From: Hamiltosporidium tvaerminnensis FI-OER-3-3
Lineage: Eukaryota; Fungi; Microsporidia
Direction of reading: 5' to 3'
DNA length: 64,000 bases
Assembly (NCBI GenBank): GCA_022605425.2
Contig: JAKIMF020000001.1
Coordinates: 1,736,001 to 1,800,000, forward strand
Shown: positions 25,515-38,269 of the stretch, in pieces
Layout: every line of letters starts with the position of its first letter
Position numbering within the stretch: the first letter of the stretch is position 1
Made by a program: the position numbers and the translations under genes
Notes under the pieces: generated by a model
What the model was told of the DNA's origin: nothing
The model's database searches: none
What the model saw: only the letters and a program-made list of their open reading frames with translations

Positions 25515-28500
25515 TTTATTTAATAAAATTCTGGGTTAACAAATTTTTCTTTTTAAATAATTCTTTCCACCATTTCAACCACTTCTATCTCTTCCTCCAA
25601 CTCCAACTCTTCATTTGTATTAGTTGTTGGTTCCTTTGCTGTGGTTATGCCATCGAAAATAATTGGTAAAATATTTTTTGTATTTTCCGTTTTAACATCA
25701 TCTTCCTCGTTGTCTACTTGATTTAAAGAGGGTATTGGTTGTTTATGCATCTCAGCTCCTAAAATAACACTTAATGATGCTCTCTCCCAGCTCTCCTCGG
25801 CATTTGGACTAGACTCAAGTCCTCTTCGTCGATCAAAAGAAATTGTTTCGACTGTCTTCTTGAGTACTATGGATTGTATATATGCCTCTACATTCATGGG
25901 TATTTGCAGTCTCTTAACATACGTCTTATGGTATTTGTCACAATACCGTCCCATGTTATCACATAAGGAATTATCTCTACACTACATTTGTAAATAAGAC
26001 CCAGCTCATTTGCTAATAGGTCATACTTCCTAAGTTTCTCTGTTTCAACTATTTGAAGTGAGTCTTGGGAGGTGATTCCTACTTCAATGAGGGTAATCTT
26101 ATTTCGTCTCTTGTCTAAAACGAATATATCTGGGTTATTATTTCGAATTTGACATCAGTTTTTATTCTGGTGTCCAGTCTTATCTCTGCATACTCATTAT
26201 CAAGAATTTCTTGAACTGAGTGGCTTCTGATTCGTTTTGAAGACTTAAACTTATATTTATTCAGCAAGAGTAAATGTATACATCGTACCACTTCATTATG
26301 CCGTCTAGTGTAATCATGACCAAGCATTTTTTCACATCTCGTTGCTAAATGGTCTACTGTTTTTCTAGACGTGTTGCAGTGTTGACACACACCTTCTTCT
26401 CCCCAAAATACGTTTCTATTTTGGATATAGCAGAACACTGCTTCATCACGCGGTCTTACACTTCCTTTCTTTAACCATCTTGAGGAGTCATTTACGCTTA
26501 CTAGCTCGTTATTTCACGCGCTATATAACTTTGAATGTAGTTTTCGGTTTTTGATTTAGTTATATAGATTAGCTAGTTGAGCTTCTTCCAATTTCTTTTT
26601 TGTGACTTCCTCTTCCAATCCGTATTTTATTTTTAAAAAGTTTTTAATTAGTGAAAGGTGGGTTTTATTATTATTCTCCACCTTAAGGATTGCTGCTCTT
26701 CTGGTCGATGACTTTAGATATTTCCAGATAATCCAAGAGTTGCAAAAGTATATGTTCGCTTTTCAACTCAACACTATGTAAACCTCTTCCAAGTTCTTTA
26801 CTTGGAAGGTACAGACGCTCTTTACATCCTGGGCGAAGATGTATCTTGTTCTTTACTAAAACTGCACGTACTGCGTCATCCAACTTTGAGAAGTCGCCAG
26901 GTTCAAGTCGAAGTACACCTATATGATAGTTTATAAGAGATATCGAATGTTGATTGATAGCTTGCAATAAATTTCTTGCATTCAATCTCGTGCGACAAAG
27001 TCTTTCTACTCGTGCTATAATTTTAGTCTGTACTTCCTAAAACGACTTACTTGTTGGAATTCCTCTGCTATCTTCTATAATTCCAAGGTATTTATAAACA
27101 CCTATTCCTTCAAGAAGAGTAGCAGTATCTTCACAACATGGATCATTAGTGGCTGACTTCTCTTTGTTAATTTCCAATCCTATATTATTCATAAACTTTT
27201 TAACCTCCTCCGTCATTTCTTCCAATGTTTGTCCATCTTCGGCAAAGAGCTTAAGATCATCAATAAACAAGAGATGATTAGTCGCGTGGGATTCTGCATC
27301 TGTCTTTATTGTAACTTTTGCGTATTCTTCATTGAGTTTACGGCTCAATGGATCCATACACAGCACAAACAATAAGGGTGACAAACTATCTCCCTGTAAA
27401 ATCCCCTTATCAATCTTCTTATTCATAATTTTTTCAGACCCTACCGAAATATCAATTTTCCATTTTGATATTGTTACCTTAATAAATTTCAGGATCCAAT
27501 CAGGTATATTAAGGTTTTCGATGACTTGTGTCAAATAAGCATGATCTATTAAATTATAAGCTTTTTTGACATCGAGCTACGTTGCCTTAAGATTGTTTCC
27601 ATACTCTTTATTAAGAGCAACATTTAGCAGGGCCTGCTCCTTCGCTCCTTGCACACCTCTCACTGCACCCAATTGATTATCTGCTAGTAACTTTCGCCTC
27701 TCTACCTCAAGCTGAACAACTTTTGTAACACACTTTGTCGTCGGCTTGTAAAGGTTTGACATACAAGTTATTGGCCTATAGTCGGAGCCTTTTTGTGATA
27801 CGCTTTTTGGAATGAGATACGTTAGTCCATGATAAAACCAATTAGCTTGTGGTGTTCCTTCAAAACATATGGCTTTTACAATATCATAAAGATAATTGTG
27901 AAGAGTCGTAAGTTTCTTGATATAAAAATTGTAGATCTCATCAATTCCGGCGGCTTTCCAGTTAGGAAGCCAAGTGATAATAGCTACAAATTCATCAAGT
28001 GAAGGAAACGTGGCCTGGTGAGTATCCGGCACGAAAGGTATCAGATACTAATCATACGTAACTATTTCATTATTTTTGTTCCACATTGTGGACCAAAAAC
28101 TTAAAATTTTGTCACGATTAACCACATGCTCGGATTCCACACGCTCAGACAGGCCACGATAATATCTACCTCGGAACAGCTCAAACATACGATTCTCTTT
28201 TCGGAATTGCTTCCTACTTTCGTACATCGTAAGTTTTTTTTCGTAAACAGTTATCAGCTCATTCTTCTTAACTAAAGCCTCCGATAGATCATTTGTTTTG
28301 TTTAGGTCTAAATTAAACTCTCGCATAATTTTTTTAAGACTTTTAGTTTGAGAAGAGGAGATTTCTCCCGTCTACGTGCTTTCTCGGGGATATCTTTTGA
28401 AAGTTTTAACACTGAAATTTTACTCTCGATGCTTTCTTTCCACGCTGATCTTGGCCTCTCTTTACGTGTTTCATCGTCATAACATACCTGTGCTGTCTGG

Positions 28501-29745
28501 ATAATTCGGGCAACGTCTGTTATCGTCATAGGTACATGAGAGTCAGCATATTCACCGACTATTCGATTAATAAGATCAAGAACTGTACTGTCAACCAATT
28601 CATTTGGAAGCTTTCGAGTTCGGACTACTACTTTTCCGATTTCCTCCTCAGATATTTTTTTGATATTACTCAAGTATTTTTCTCTCAGGCTTATAAATCG
28701 AGTAGTATCGGTCAAGGAACATGGCTCGGCGAGACAAGTGGCGATTCGACGTCGCTCTCCATTCTCTTCCTGCCTGATTTCCTCTTCCGTCTTATTGTGT
28801 GCCATTCTTTTTAGGACATCGATAGTTTTGATACAGGAGAACTTCTCATTATAGTATCTCTGTATCTCTTTTCATCCATTTCTAGGCATTCGGTCAAACC
28901 TTGTTTGTACTGCAAAAAAAACACATCGAATAAATTCTAACGCTCGGCCTCTATAGATCTGAGTATGGATCGGAGTACAACGAGCCTTTCGGAAATAGGT
29001 ATGGTACAAAGGTTTGGCCTACTAGCAGCTATATCTGGCCTAGGGGTCACGGTGCTTGAATGCATAGGGTTAGATGGCGAGTGTATGGTGTTAAGCAAGC
29101 ATACTTTTGTGTTTGTGTTTGCTTCGCTTGGTGGTATAGAAATGTTATTTATGATGGTGGATGGTGTGTATGAGCTTGGCTGTGGAATTCCCTGGTCGTT
29201 TTTACACTCTCTAATTACCTCATCCACTTCACTTGCCCTGTTTGCAGTCTTTATTATTTTTTCTTTTTGTTTTTCGCTGCCTACATATTTTCTTATACCC
29301 ATTTTATATATATATAAACTCAATACTTATAAAAAAAACAAATAATAGGAAACCATTAGTCAAATGTATATACAATTTTATGTTGTTTAGTGCCTGTATC
29401 AAAGTTTATAACGAATTTTTGCCTTACAAAACTAACAAATGCAAATAACTGAACAAAGCAAAAAAGGAACTGAAAAGAAAAATATAAATTTTATTGGATA
29501 TTTTATTCATAATTAACACATCCTATTTGTTTATACAAAAGAAATGTTAAAAAAGGATGGATAAGAAATATTGGAAAGGAAATTAAAATAAGAAGATGTT
29601 TAAAATAAGGGGAATAAATGAGTTATAAGGATATAGAAATTAAAAGGCTATATGGAAAAATAAAGGGTGTTATCAAGATTAAAAATGTATAGGAAATAAC
29701 GGGGGTTCTATTGGACATGGGGGGGTTTATTGGCCCGTGACATTA
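25515..29745 (-). mobile_element. Near full-length R4/Dong-clade non-LTR retrotransposon (RT + CCHC + restriction-like endonuclease), single ORF broken into 8 pieces
   Basis: ORF fragments 29323 to 25553: NWKAAGID, DYRPITCMSNLYK, GILQGDSLSPLLF, HLLFIDDLKLF, YKYLG, ERLYLPSKELGRGL, CQHC-x7-H-x4-C, RRHNEVV, and PDIFVLD...LIEVGIT (frameshifted). The 5' boundary is uncertain (29530-29745). Confidence 0.92.
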
Positions 29746-29788
29746 AATGATAGAATCGATGCCATCTAAATAAGCAGTTCCTATTTTG

Positions 29789-30430
29789 TTATAATTTGTG
29801 TTCGAAAGCTTGTTTTAAATCGTTTAAAACAGCTTTTTTATCTGTAGACTTAAAAAAATATGATCCAACGACAACCTGATTCACACCCTTCATCATTTGA
29901 ATGGTTTCACATGTAACACCCCCATCAACACCAATTAAAATATTTTTATTCATTTTTTTTATTTTTTCTATTTTTTCAAGACAATTTTTCATAAATTTTT
30001 GTCCACCAAACCCAGGATTTACTGTCATAATTAAAACAAAATCTATAAGTGGCAAATACTTTTCTATTTCTTCGGCTTTTGTTTCTGGATTTAAAGCAAT
30101 CCCAGACCTACACCTATTTAATCTAAGATATTCAAATATATCGTATTTATTTGCATTTATTTCTTGATGAATTATTACCGTATAAACTCTTTTCAGATTT
30201 ATCTTAGATAAAATTTTTAAAGGATTTTCAATCATAAAATGTAAATCTATGATAAAATCTCTTTCTAAAATTTGATTGATAAAATCCGGACCAAAACTTA
30301 TATTTTCAGTAAAACTCGTGTCTAAAATATCTAAATGTAGATGTTCAACACCCAGGGTTTCTAGATTATCTAGTTCTTTATTAACATCAAGTAAATTACA
30401 ATTTAAAATGCTTATTGATACTTCTTTCAT
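29789..30430 (-). CDS. RPE1: Ribulose-phosphate 3-epimerase
   Basis: HLDILD, ISFGP, DLHFMI, GIALNPET, LIMTVNPGFGGQKF, VDGGV, VVGS motifs. CCCC 5 nt before the ATG. Confidence 0.97.
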   Translation of the reverse strand: MKEVSISILNCNLLDVNKELDNLETLGVEHLHLDILDTSFTENISFGPDFINQILERDFIIDLHFMIENPLKILSKINLKRVYTVIIHQEINANKYDIFEYLRLNRCRSGIALNPETKAEEIEKYLPLIDFVLIMTVNPGFGGQKFMKNCLEKIEKIKKMNKNILIGVDGGVTCETIQMMKGVNQVVVGSYFFKSTDKKAVLNDLKQAFEHKL

Positions 30431-30510
30431 TACTCGGGGTTTTATATTACCGAATAATTAAATTATATTTTGCTTCAAATTTTTTTTACATAATAAGTAA
30501 ATAAAATACT

Positions 30511-30917
30511 AAATGAGTGGAGACTAAGAACAAAACAAGAGATTTATGACCTATATCAACGACACAATACGTCACTATAATCAATTAAAGAAGATTTAGG
30601 TTTTTCGGTCATTCAGAAATTATGTCTAAAGAGAGAGCTATTAGTAAAATTTTTAAAACTTTACATGATGGTAATTGAAGAAGAGGCGAATCAGGGAAAT
30701 GATGGCTAGATAATGTTAAGAAAGATTTAATTAACCAAATGTGCTGTTATTGATAAGTTTGGGCAAATCTAGTAAATGATGGCTAGATGACGGTAGAAAG
30801 ATTTAATAAAAGCAAATGTGCTGTTATTGAGAAGTTTGGGTAAAATAGAGGAGAATTGAAAAGTATCGTTAAGAAGACACTTGCTCTTCAAGAGCTATAG
30901 CGCTTAAGAGTAAGTAA
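30511..30917 (+). mobile_element. RTE-clade 3' fragment with internal 77-bp tandem duplication
   Basis: EWRLRTKQEIYDLY...WLDNVKKDL, ending GAGCTATAGCGCTTAAGAGTAAGTAA. The block AAATGATGGCTAGAT...AAGTTTGGG occurs at 30697 and 30774. Confidence 0.8.
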
Positions 30918-31670
30918 TAGTATCAATGCCAATAAAAAAGTACTATTACGTAAAACCCGAGATTTTGAGAACAAAATAACCGCAAAGTAGATATTTACAG
31001 TATCCATGTCACAGGATTGCAAACAAAATCAAATAAAAATTATATAGAAGTCAAATTTTGTGGAATTTATTAACAAACCAAATAAAAAATTAATAATCTT
31101 CAAAAATAGAATTATCAGTGATTAAAATAATTTTATTTTTATATTTAAAACTTATTTTATTGTTCTATAATTTTTCTTCCAAAAATAAATTTTTAATTTG
31201 TTTAAATTTTAATTTATTAAATTTCTAAATTAAACCAAAGAAGTGAAAAAGAAATTTATAATTTACCAAAATAATAAATATTTTATTTTTTTACAATAAT
31301 TTGATAAAAATTCAAATATAAATTTAGCGAATATTTTTTTTCATTTAATACACTGTTATTTTTAAGAAATTTACTTCTTTAAATTTTTCAAGTTTAATTT
31401 TTCAATAATTAAAACTAATATTAGATCTTACATATATTTTTTAATTTTAATTTAACCAAATCCATTATACTAGAAAACATGTTCATCTTTGATAATTTTG
31501 ATATGAATTAGTATCTTTTAATGAAATTATGATAGTTTAAAAACAACATAATATTTTTTTAAAAAAAAAATTAGTAAAAATTCCATTTTAGATACTTTTA
31601 TTATTATTATTAGTTGCTTTAACAATTAAGATACCAATTAAAGATAAAGATAATCTAAAAAAATACACCC

Positions 31671-33533
31671 ATGGCTTATCAAAACAAAAAAGAAATATGC
31701 GAAATGGTTGAAAAAGATGGTATTTTTCAACATAAAAACTACATTGGAGACAGATATAAAACCAAGGAAGGATTTTCTACGGTATTGGAACTTATGGAAT
31801 ATAATAGTAAGAAATATCCAACAAAAGAGTTTTTGGGTAAAATTATTGAAAACGAAATTGTTTGGTCAACATTTGAAACTGTTTATTCTGAAGCTAAAAA
31901 AATTTCGTGTTTTTTAAAATCATTTGTTCCCCAAAAAAGCATAATCGGTATTTATTCTATAAATCGACCAGAATGGCTTATAACAGAACAAGCATTGTAT
32001 TTGGCAAATTGTATAAACTGTCCTTTATATTCTACATTTGGTATTGAATCATTGAAACATATTTTAGATGAAACTGAAATGAACATATGTTTCTGTTCCG
32101 GAGAAAAAGTACAAGAGCTTTTTGGAAATGTTTTGGGAAATTATGGCGCAAAAATAACGCATATAATATCATATGATGATTTACCCGATAGTTTCGTAAA
32201 AAAGATGGAGCTTTCAAAAATAAAATTATATTTTTACAATGAAATATTAAATAATCCCAATATTATAGATGTGGATGTAAATAGAAATTTTCCAAAAACA
32301 GAAGATATTGCTACCATATGTTATACAAGTGGAACAACTAATAAACCTAAGGGAGTGATACAAACACACAAAAATTTTATTTCCATGATTACTGGTTACG
32401 ATGTTGCTGTAACCACAAAGACGGTTTTTGATATCAATGAAGAGTCTGTTTATATGTCGTATTTGCCTTTGGCACATGCAATGGAACATATATTTACATT
32501 TTTTATGTTGTATTCTAGAGCTCGTATTGCATTTTATAGAGGAAATGTAAAATTATTGCTTGAAGACATAAATATAATCAAACCAACTTTTTTTGTAGGC
32601 GTTCCTCGTGTATTCGATGTTTTTAAAGAAAAAATAGAGGCTAAAATAGCTGAAAAGGGTTTTATTGTTAGATGGTTGTTTAAAAAAGGATTAAAAAGTA
32701 AAATTTTAAGAGCAAAGAAAGGAATTTATACTCACAGAATATTTGATACTTTGATATTCAATAAAATAAAAATGTCCTTTGGAGGCCAATTTAAAGGAAT
32801 TTTGTCTGGTTCAGCACCGTTGAATCCTGATGCGTTGGATTTTTTTCAAGCGGTATTTTCGTGTCCTGTGGTCGAAGGTTTTGGACAAACAGAAGCTTGT
32901 GCTGGAAATATTATTAAATCACTCAACTGTTTCGAAGAATCGGTTGTAGGGGTTCCATTTCCTGTGAACCAAATCAAACTTGATAGTACTACCGTAGAAA
33001 ATAATGTATTCAATGACAATAGAGGGGAAATTTTAATCAAAGGTTTAAATACTACACCAGGATATTTTAAGATAGAAGATTGTTCTGGGTTGTATACCAA
33101 AGACGGATGGCTACGAACTGGGGACATCGGGAAGATAGAAAATGGATATTTTAAAATTATCGGAAGAATTAAGGAAATTTTTAAACTCTCTCTCGGTGAA
33201 TATATTGTGCCTGAAAAGGTAGAATCTTTATTAAAAGGCGGTATAATTGATGATATCTTGATTACCGGGAACTGTATGAGAAATTTTGTTGTTGCTTTAG
33301 TGGTTTGTAAAAATGAACTTATTTCTGATTTTGAGGTTATGACTAAGATACTAAATTTAGCCAACAAAAAGTTTAAAGAAGGATATCTCGTGAAATATGA
33401 AATTCCTCAGAAAGTGTTTGTTATTAAGAATGATTTTAGTTTCTATGGAGATTTTATTACGCCAACTGGCAAAAAGAAAAGATATTTGATTGAAACGCAT
33501 TTTAAATCTGAAATTTCCGAACTTTTAAAATAA
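31671..33533 (+). CDS. Long-chain acyl-CoA synthetase (ACSL/FAA family), paralogue 1
   Basis: AMP-binding YTSGTTNKPKG, SYLPLAH, EGFGQTE, DGWLRTGDIG, IIGRIKEIFKL, TPTGKKKR. CCC directly before the ATG. Confidence 0.96.
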   Translation: MAYQNKKEICEMVEKDGIFQHKNYIGDRYKTKEGFSTVLELMEYNSKKYPTKEFLGKIIENEIVWSTFETVYSEAKKISCFLKSFVPQKSIIGIYSINRPEWLITEQALYLANCINCPLYSTFGIESLKHILDETEMNICFCSGEKVQELFGNVLGNYGAKITHIISYDDLPDSFVKKMELSKIKLYFYNEILNNPNIIDVDVNRNFPKTEDIATICYTSGTTNKPKGVIQTHKNFISMITGYDVAVTTKTVFDINEESVYMSYLPLAHAMEHIFTFFMLYSRARIAFYRGNVKLLLEDINIIKPTFFVGVPRVFDVFKEKIEAKIAEKGFIVRWLFKKGLKSKILRAKKGIYTHRIFDTLIFNKIKMSFGGQFKGILSGSAPLNPDALDFFQAVFSCPVVEGFGQTEACAGNIIKSLNCFEESVVGVPFPVNQIKLDSTTVENNVFNDNRGEILIKGLNTTPGYFKIEDCSGLYTKDGWLRTGDIGKIENGYFKIIGRIKEIFKLSLGEYIVPEKVESLLKGGIIDDILITGNCMRNFVVALVVCKNELISDFEVMTKILNLANKKFKEGYLVKYEIPQKVFVIKNDFSFYGDFITPTGKKKRYLIETHFKSEISELLK

Positions 33534-34439
33534 AGTTTTAATTGAATTGTTTATAATTTCCATATCATTTTCACATTAATTATTCATTCTATTATATAAT
33601 TTTAAAGTTATAAAATAATCTTGTTATGAAAGCTGTTTAAAAAAATCCAATTTTTTCAAAAAAAGATCTATGAAACAAACATCTAGATCCTTAAGAAAAT
33701 TGTATTTTACAGTTAGTATTGCTAAATAAAATTAGAATAAATAATTCAACAATATTTATTAATTTGAAAGCGTTATAATTTTTTTAGATCTTCTGTGTAC
33801 ATAAAATAGAAAATTATAAAAAATTTGTTTTGGTGAAACAATTAATAAAAGATGTGGCATATTTTTATTTATCACGTTTGAATGAATCATGATTGAAAAT
33901 AGAAGAAACTATAGCATGATGAATTTTAATAAATTTGATGAACTTTTTTGCCAAAGACTTTATTAGAAAAATAAATACCAACATTAAGCTAAAACGAAGC
34001 CCAAAATAACTTCTTTTTTCTAGATTATATTCAAGATTCCATAAAAACTAGTTGCAAATTTTTAACTGGAAAGTTTTGATTTTTTTTTACAATAAAGAGT
34101 AGCAAAAAACTCATTCTATGTTCGTTGATTTTGGGATAGAATACATGGGGTTTGAAGCTAGATTATATAGATAGTTCCTATAAACACTAAGAAAGAATTT
34201 TAAAATCGTGTTTATTAGTATAAAACACAAAAATTATGTCGTATATAATAAAAGTTATGATTTCACTTGCTTGAATTTTAAAAATATTTGTATCACTTCA
34301 AATGTATAATTCCAAATGTTTTATAATAAAGTGATACTTCTCGATTGTAAAATATATATTTATTTCAGCACTTTTCAAAAAAAAACAAATTTCAATAAAA
34401 ATTAAAAAACTATAGACTTAGTATTAAAGACACAAAGAT

Positions 34440-36690
34440 TTTGAAATATGAAACACCGGATTTAATGGCAGGTTTTTACTTCATTAAACTTAACATATAG
34501 ATTTTCCTCAGAAGTCAAACGTTTGAACATTATTACAAGCGCAAAAATTTATACTATTAAATAAGATTTGTCCAAAGAACAGATTGTAAAACAACGATTG
34601 CAATAGATTACATGAAATTTACATCAGGGCGAAACTTACGAATATAATAGACAAATACTTGGGCGAGTATACATGTGAATTATCAGATGAGTAGATAAAC
34701 GTTAGCTTTCAATTGAAAAAAATTAAAAGAGCAACATACTTGCTACTGATAGATAAGAAATACGAGAAACAAGACACCTGGTCTAATCAGAATGCGCAGA
34801 AACCAATCAAATATCAAAATTTGGCAAGATTAGAATAGAAATCCTAAAAAAACCATTTAAGACGATAGCTGAGGAAAATCCAAGGCTTGATATCTTTAAG
34901 AAAAAAAACGAGCAAAATAAGCATATTTGATTCGATAAATGAAAGAAAGCTGAAAAAAAGGACTCTTTAAATGTTGAAATGCTACAGCAAGAGAGAAGAG
35001 TTTTTAGTTCCGAAATTCGATGATCAAAAACAATGAAGGGTTGCTTAAGTGACCCGAAAATGTCTATATTAAATTGAAAAGTTATTTAAACGCGCATATT
35101 AATTTCCACATTAAATGTAAGCAAGAAAATAAATAGGAAAAAAAGTTATTGGAGAATCCATGATCTTTTGTGACGAGAAAACAATCTTTCTAGAGCCATC
35201 ACAGGCAGATAGAACAATTAGTATAATTATTATCGGGAAAAATAGCGCTTCTGGTGACGAAAAATTAACAACTTAGCTCGTATTATATGGAGGAAAGCTT
35301 TTTTAGAAAAACTTTTATGACTCAATCTAAGGGATATGGGTCTAGTGAGAAATACCCAGTGAATGGAATGTCGGACTGGCACTCTCTATTCATAAAAATT
35401 AATTAAAAATACAGTATTCTGACTACAAAGGAATCTCTCTTGTGAATATGGGAAAAAAAATTCTCACACAAATAATTTAAACGAGATTAGAACCATATTC
35501 AGAAAGCGCTCTTGGAATTACAAATGTAGATTCAGAAGAACCTGATAATATTTTCGCTATAAGAATAATGCATCAGAAGTGCCATGAAAATTTTTTTGAC
35601 ACATCATTTTTTGTGATTCTCTCAAACATATGACAGCATTTATTAAGTAATGTTGTATAAAATTCAAAAATTTTAGTCATCCTATGAAAATTGATCTTTG
35701 AATAAATTACACTAATGAGACATAATAAGTGCTATAAAGATATGGTAGATCTAATATTTCAACATTAATATGCGACTAAAACAACGTGATACGTTATATT
35801 GCGTATAATTTGATCTAATACTTGAGAGAATAATCCGTAACCTTACAAAAATTACTGGAGGTACTAAGTTTAACGAAATCAAAACAAAAAGCAGCGAATT
35901 CAGATGATATGACCATCATAAAAATAAGGCATAATATAAACAATTTGTTAAGGTCATTGTCAGCGAAACCAGGAAAGGCTAAAGCGAAGATAAAAGAATC
36001 TAATACGAAACATATGGTAATATATAACTTTGAGGATTACGAGAAATGCTTTATACATTTATTTATTTTTGAAAGAGTAGCAAGCTTAGAATATTAGAAT
36101 CCCTTTTAAACGAAGATAAAAAGGCTCTTGATATTTAAGACAAAATAAAAACATGAAACAAGACTGATGTTGCTCTAGAGCGCTTACTGAAGTATTATCT
36201 AATGAATCCTAATACGAAGAGACAAGTATATTTGAAATATTAAGGTACGGTATTGTATGATTCAGAAAGAGGGTTAAGACAAAAAAAGAGGAGGCTCAGC
36301 TGGAAATATGGCAAAAAACCACGAAGGGCAACATACGGTTCAATATTTGTTAGTAACGAGTGAACGACGAATTAGAACGAATCTAGAAACATATAATATA
36401 TATGAAGGAATAATTTGTGAATTATTATGAAGGCAGAAGACCATGAGGACTAGGCCACGTAGAATAACTGTTTACGGAAAATACTGTTTGTATAAATTTT
36501 TGATCTGTACCTGTAAGAAAGAGAAAAAAGGTTCTTCATGAAAAATAGAGAAGAAATGTGGTGGGAAAGACTATATGAAAACCCAATTAACGACAAATGA
36601 AATGTATAGACACAATAGAGAAGAAAGAGGAGGTTTTTTAGAGAGAAGCAATCTTTCAAAAGGCTGTAGTACCGAGAAGTAGTTAGTTAA
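34440..36690 (+). mobile_element. Old, heavily decayed RTE-clade non-LTR retrotransposon
   Basis: Remnant motifs KNSASGDEKL, EIPSEWNVG, DYKGISLVN, LKQRDTL and ANSDDMTII (YADD equivalent). 3' end GGCTGTAGTACCGAGAAGTAGTTAGTTA. The 5' limit is approximate. Confidence 0.75.
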
Positions 36691-37456
36691 AGAAAATATT
36701 ATTACTAGTAAAATATTAAAAAAATATATATTTGCTGATATCTAAAAGCAACTCGCAAAATTCTATAAGACAAAAGTTTCTTAATTTTGCGTTCATTTTT
36801 CTTGCGATATCCGTATTTTATAACAAATAAAATACCTGCTTTAAAAATAATAATCATTAGTAGGTACCAGAAACAGAAGCTGAGTTTGAGGCCAAAAAAA
36901 ATATATGAGTTATAAATATATTGGTCATGTAATATTTATACATATTATATTTGTTCGAATAAAATTAATAATACATATTTTAGCACATTTTTCTATTTTG
37001 CATCAATTATACGCCCAAACTGAAATTTCCGTCAGTTTTAAAAAATTTTAAAAATCTGTTAAAAATAAAAATTAAGTAATGTGAAATTCATGCGTATATT
37101 ACGAACTAAAACGTTTCAAACTATAAAGTTTGAAAATAAATGAATATTTCTCCGGTATGATTAACAATCAAATGAATTCAGTTTATTCTTTGCTGTTTCT
37201 TACCTTCAGTTTTATTTTTAACATTATGATTTTTAGTTACTTTATTCTATTCTAAATGAAAATTTTAATTGCGCTCATGATTCGATGAATTTTATATTAT
37301 ATGTAAATTTAAAAAATGAAAGTGTACAAAATCTCTTATATGGTTAAATCACGGATCCTCGCAATCATTTTAAATATTACAAACATTGGCAAAATATTCA
37401 TTTTTATTTCGATCACAACTCAAACTTTATTTAAAAAATATCACATCTGTTAAAAA

Positions 37457-37899
37457 TAGTGGCAAGTGTTATTTTTTGTTTTCATGACATTCAGAAAGTT
37501 CCAGGCTTAACAAAATAACTGCCACCCAAACACTATCGGTACCTGTGCAATACCTACATCACAAAGCATTTTATTTAATAGGTGTGTAGAACCTAATTTA
37601 TAGGCTGGCGATTTCTTAGAGTTTGTTAATGTCCGTTAATAGAGGGTGATCAAAGTTCGAAGTCACCTCTATGGCTTCTTTAATACTATGCAGCAGTCCC
37701 AGTTACTCTACATGGCTGAATGTAATATATATCTAGATAAGATAGATCTCAGCGACTTACATGGGTTCAAATAGATAAGCAATTTCATACCAACTGGTAT
37801 ATCGTCATCGTAGATTGCTTCTGAGTTTAAAGGGTTAATTTTTTATATCTCGCACGCGCCAAGTCTTCAACCCGAGTGAGAAAAAGATGTTTCCATGCT
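37457..37899 (+). repeat. Unclassified ~440-bp dispersed repeat, copy C
   Basis: Shared blocks with copies B and D: TTACTCTACA, GATAAGATA(G/T)ATCTCA, CATACCAAC, ATCTCGCA(C/G)GCGC(C/T)(A/T)AGTCTTC, terminal GTTTCCATGCT. Confidence 0.8.
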
Positions 37900-38269
37900 T
37901 TTATATCAAAATAACTATCAACTCCAACTTTGATCTTAAATCTGGTTAGATAAAAAACTATAAAATATATTTATTGAAAAATTTTTGTGATTTCTTAGAA
38001 CTCTCTTCCTCATACAAATACCATTAAATAACCAAAATTCATTATAGTGTTATTCGATTAAAAATCCAAACAACGATATTTGATACATTTATTTTATCTC
38101 TTAATCGTCTAGGAGAAAGTTTTTTATGTTGTTTTACTCCCTTCATCAATGGTAAAAGAAAAGCAATAAGAAAAAATACGTTTTATTTATTATTATCTGA
38201 TATTTTAATTGTTGATATTCCTGGCTTTTTTTTGTATAATTTTAAACTAATATTAAACTTTATAGTGAA

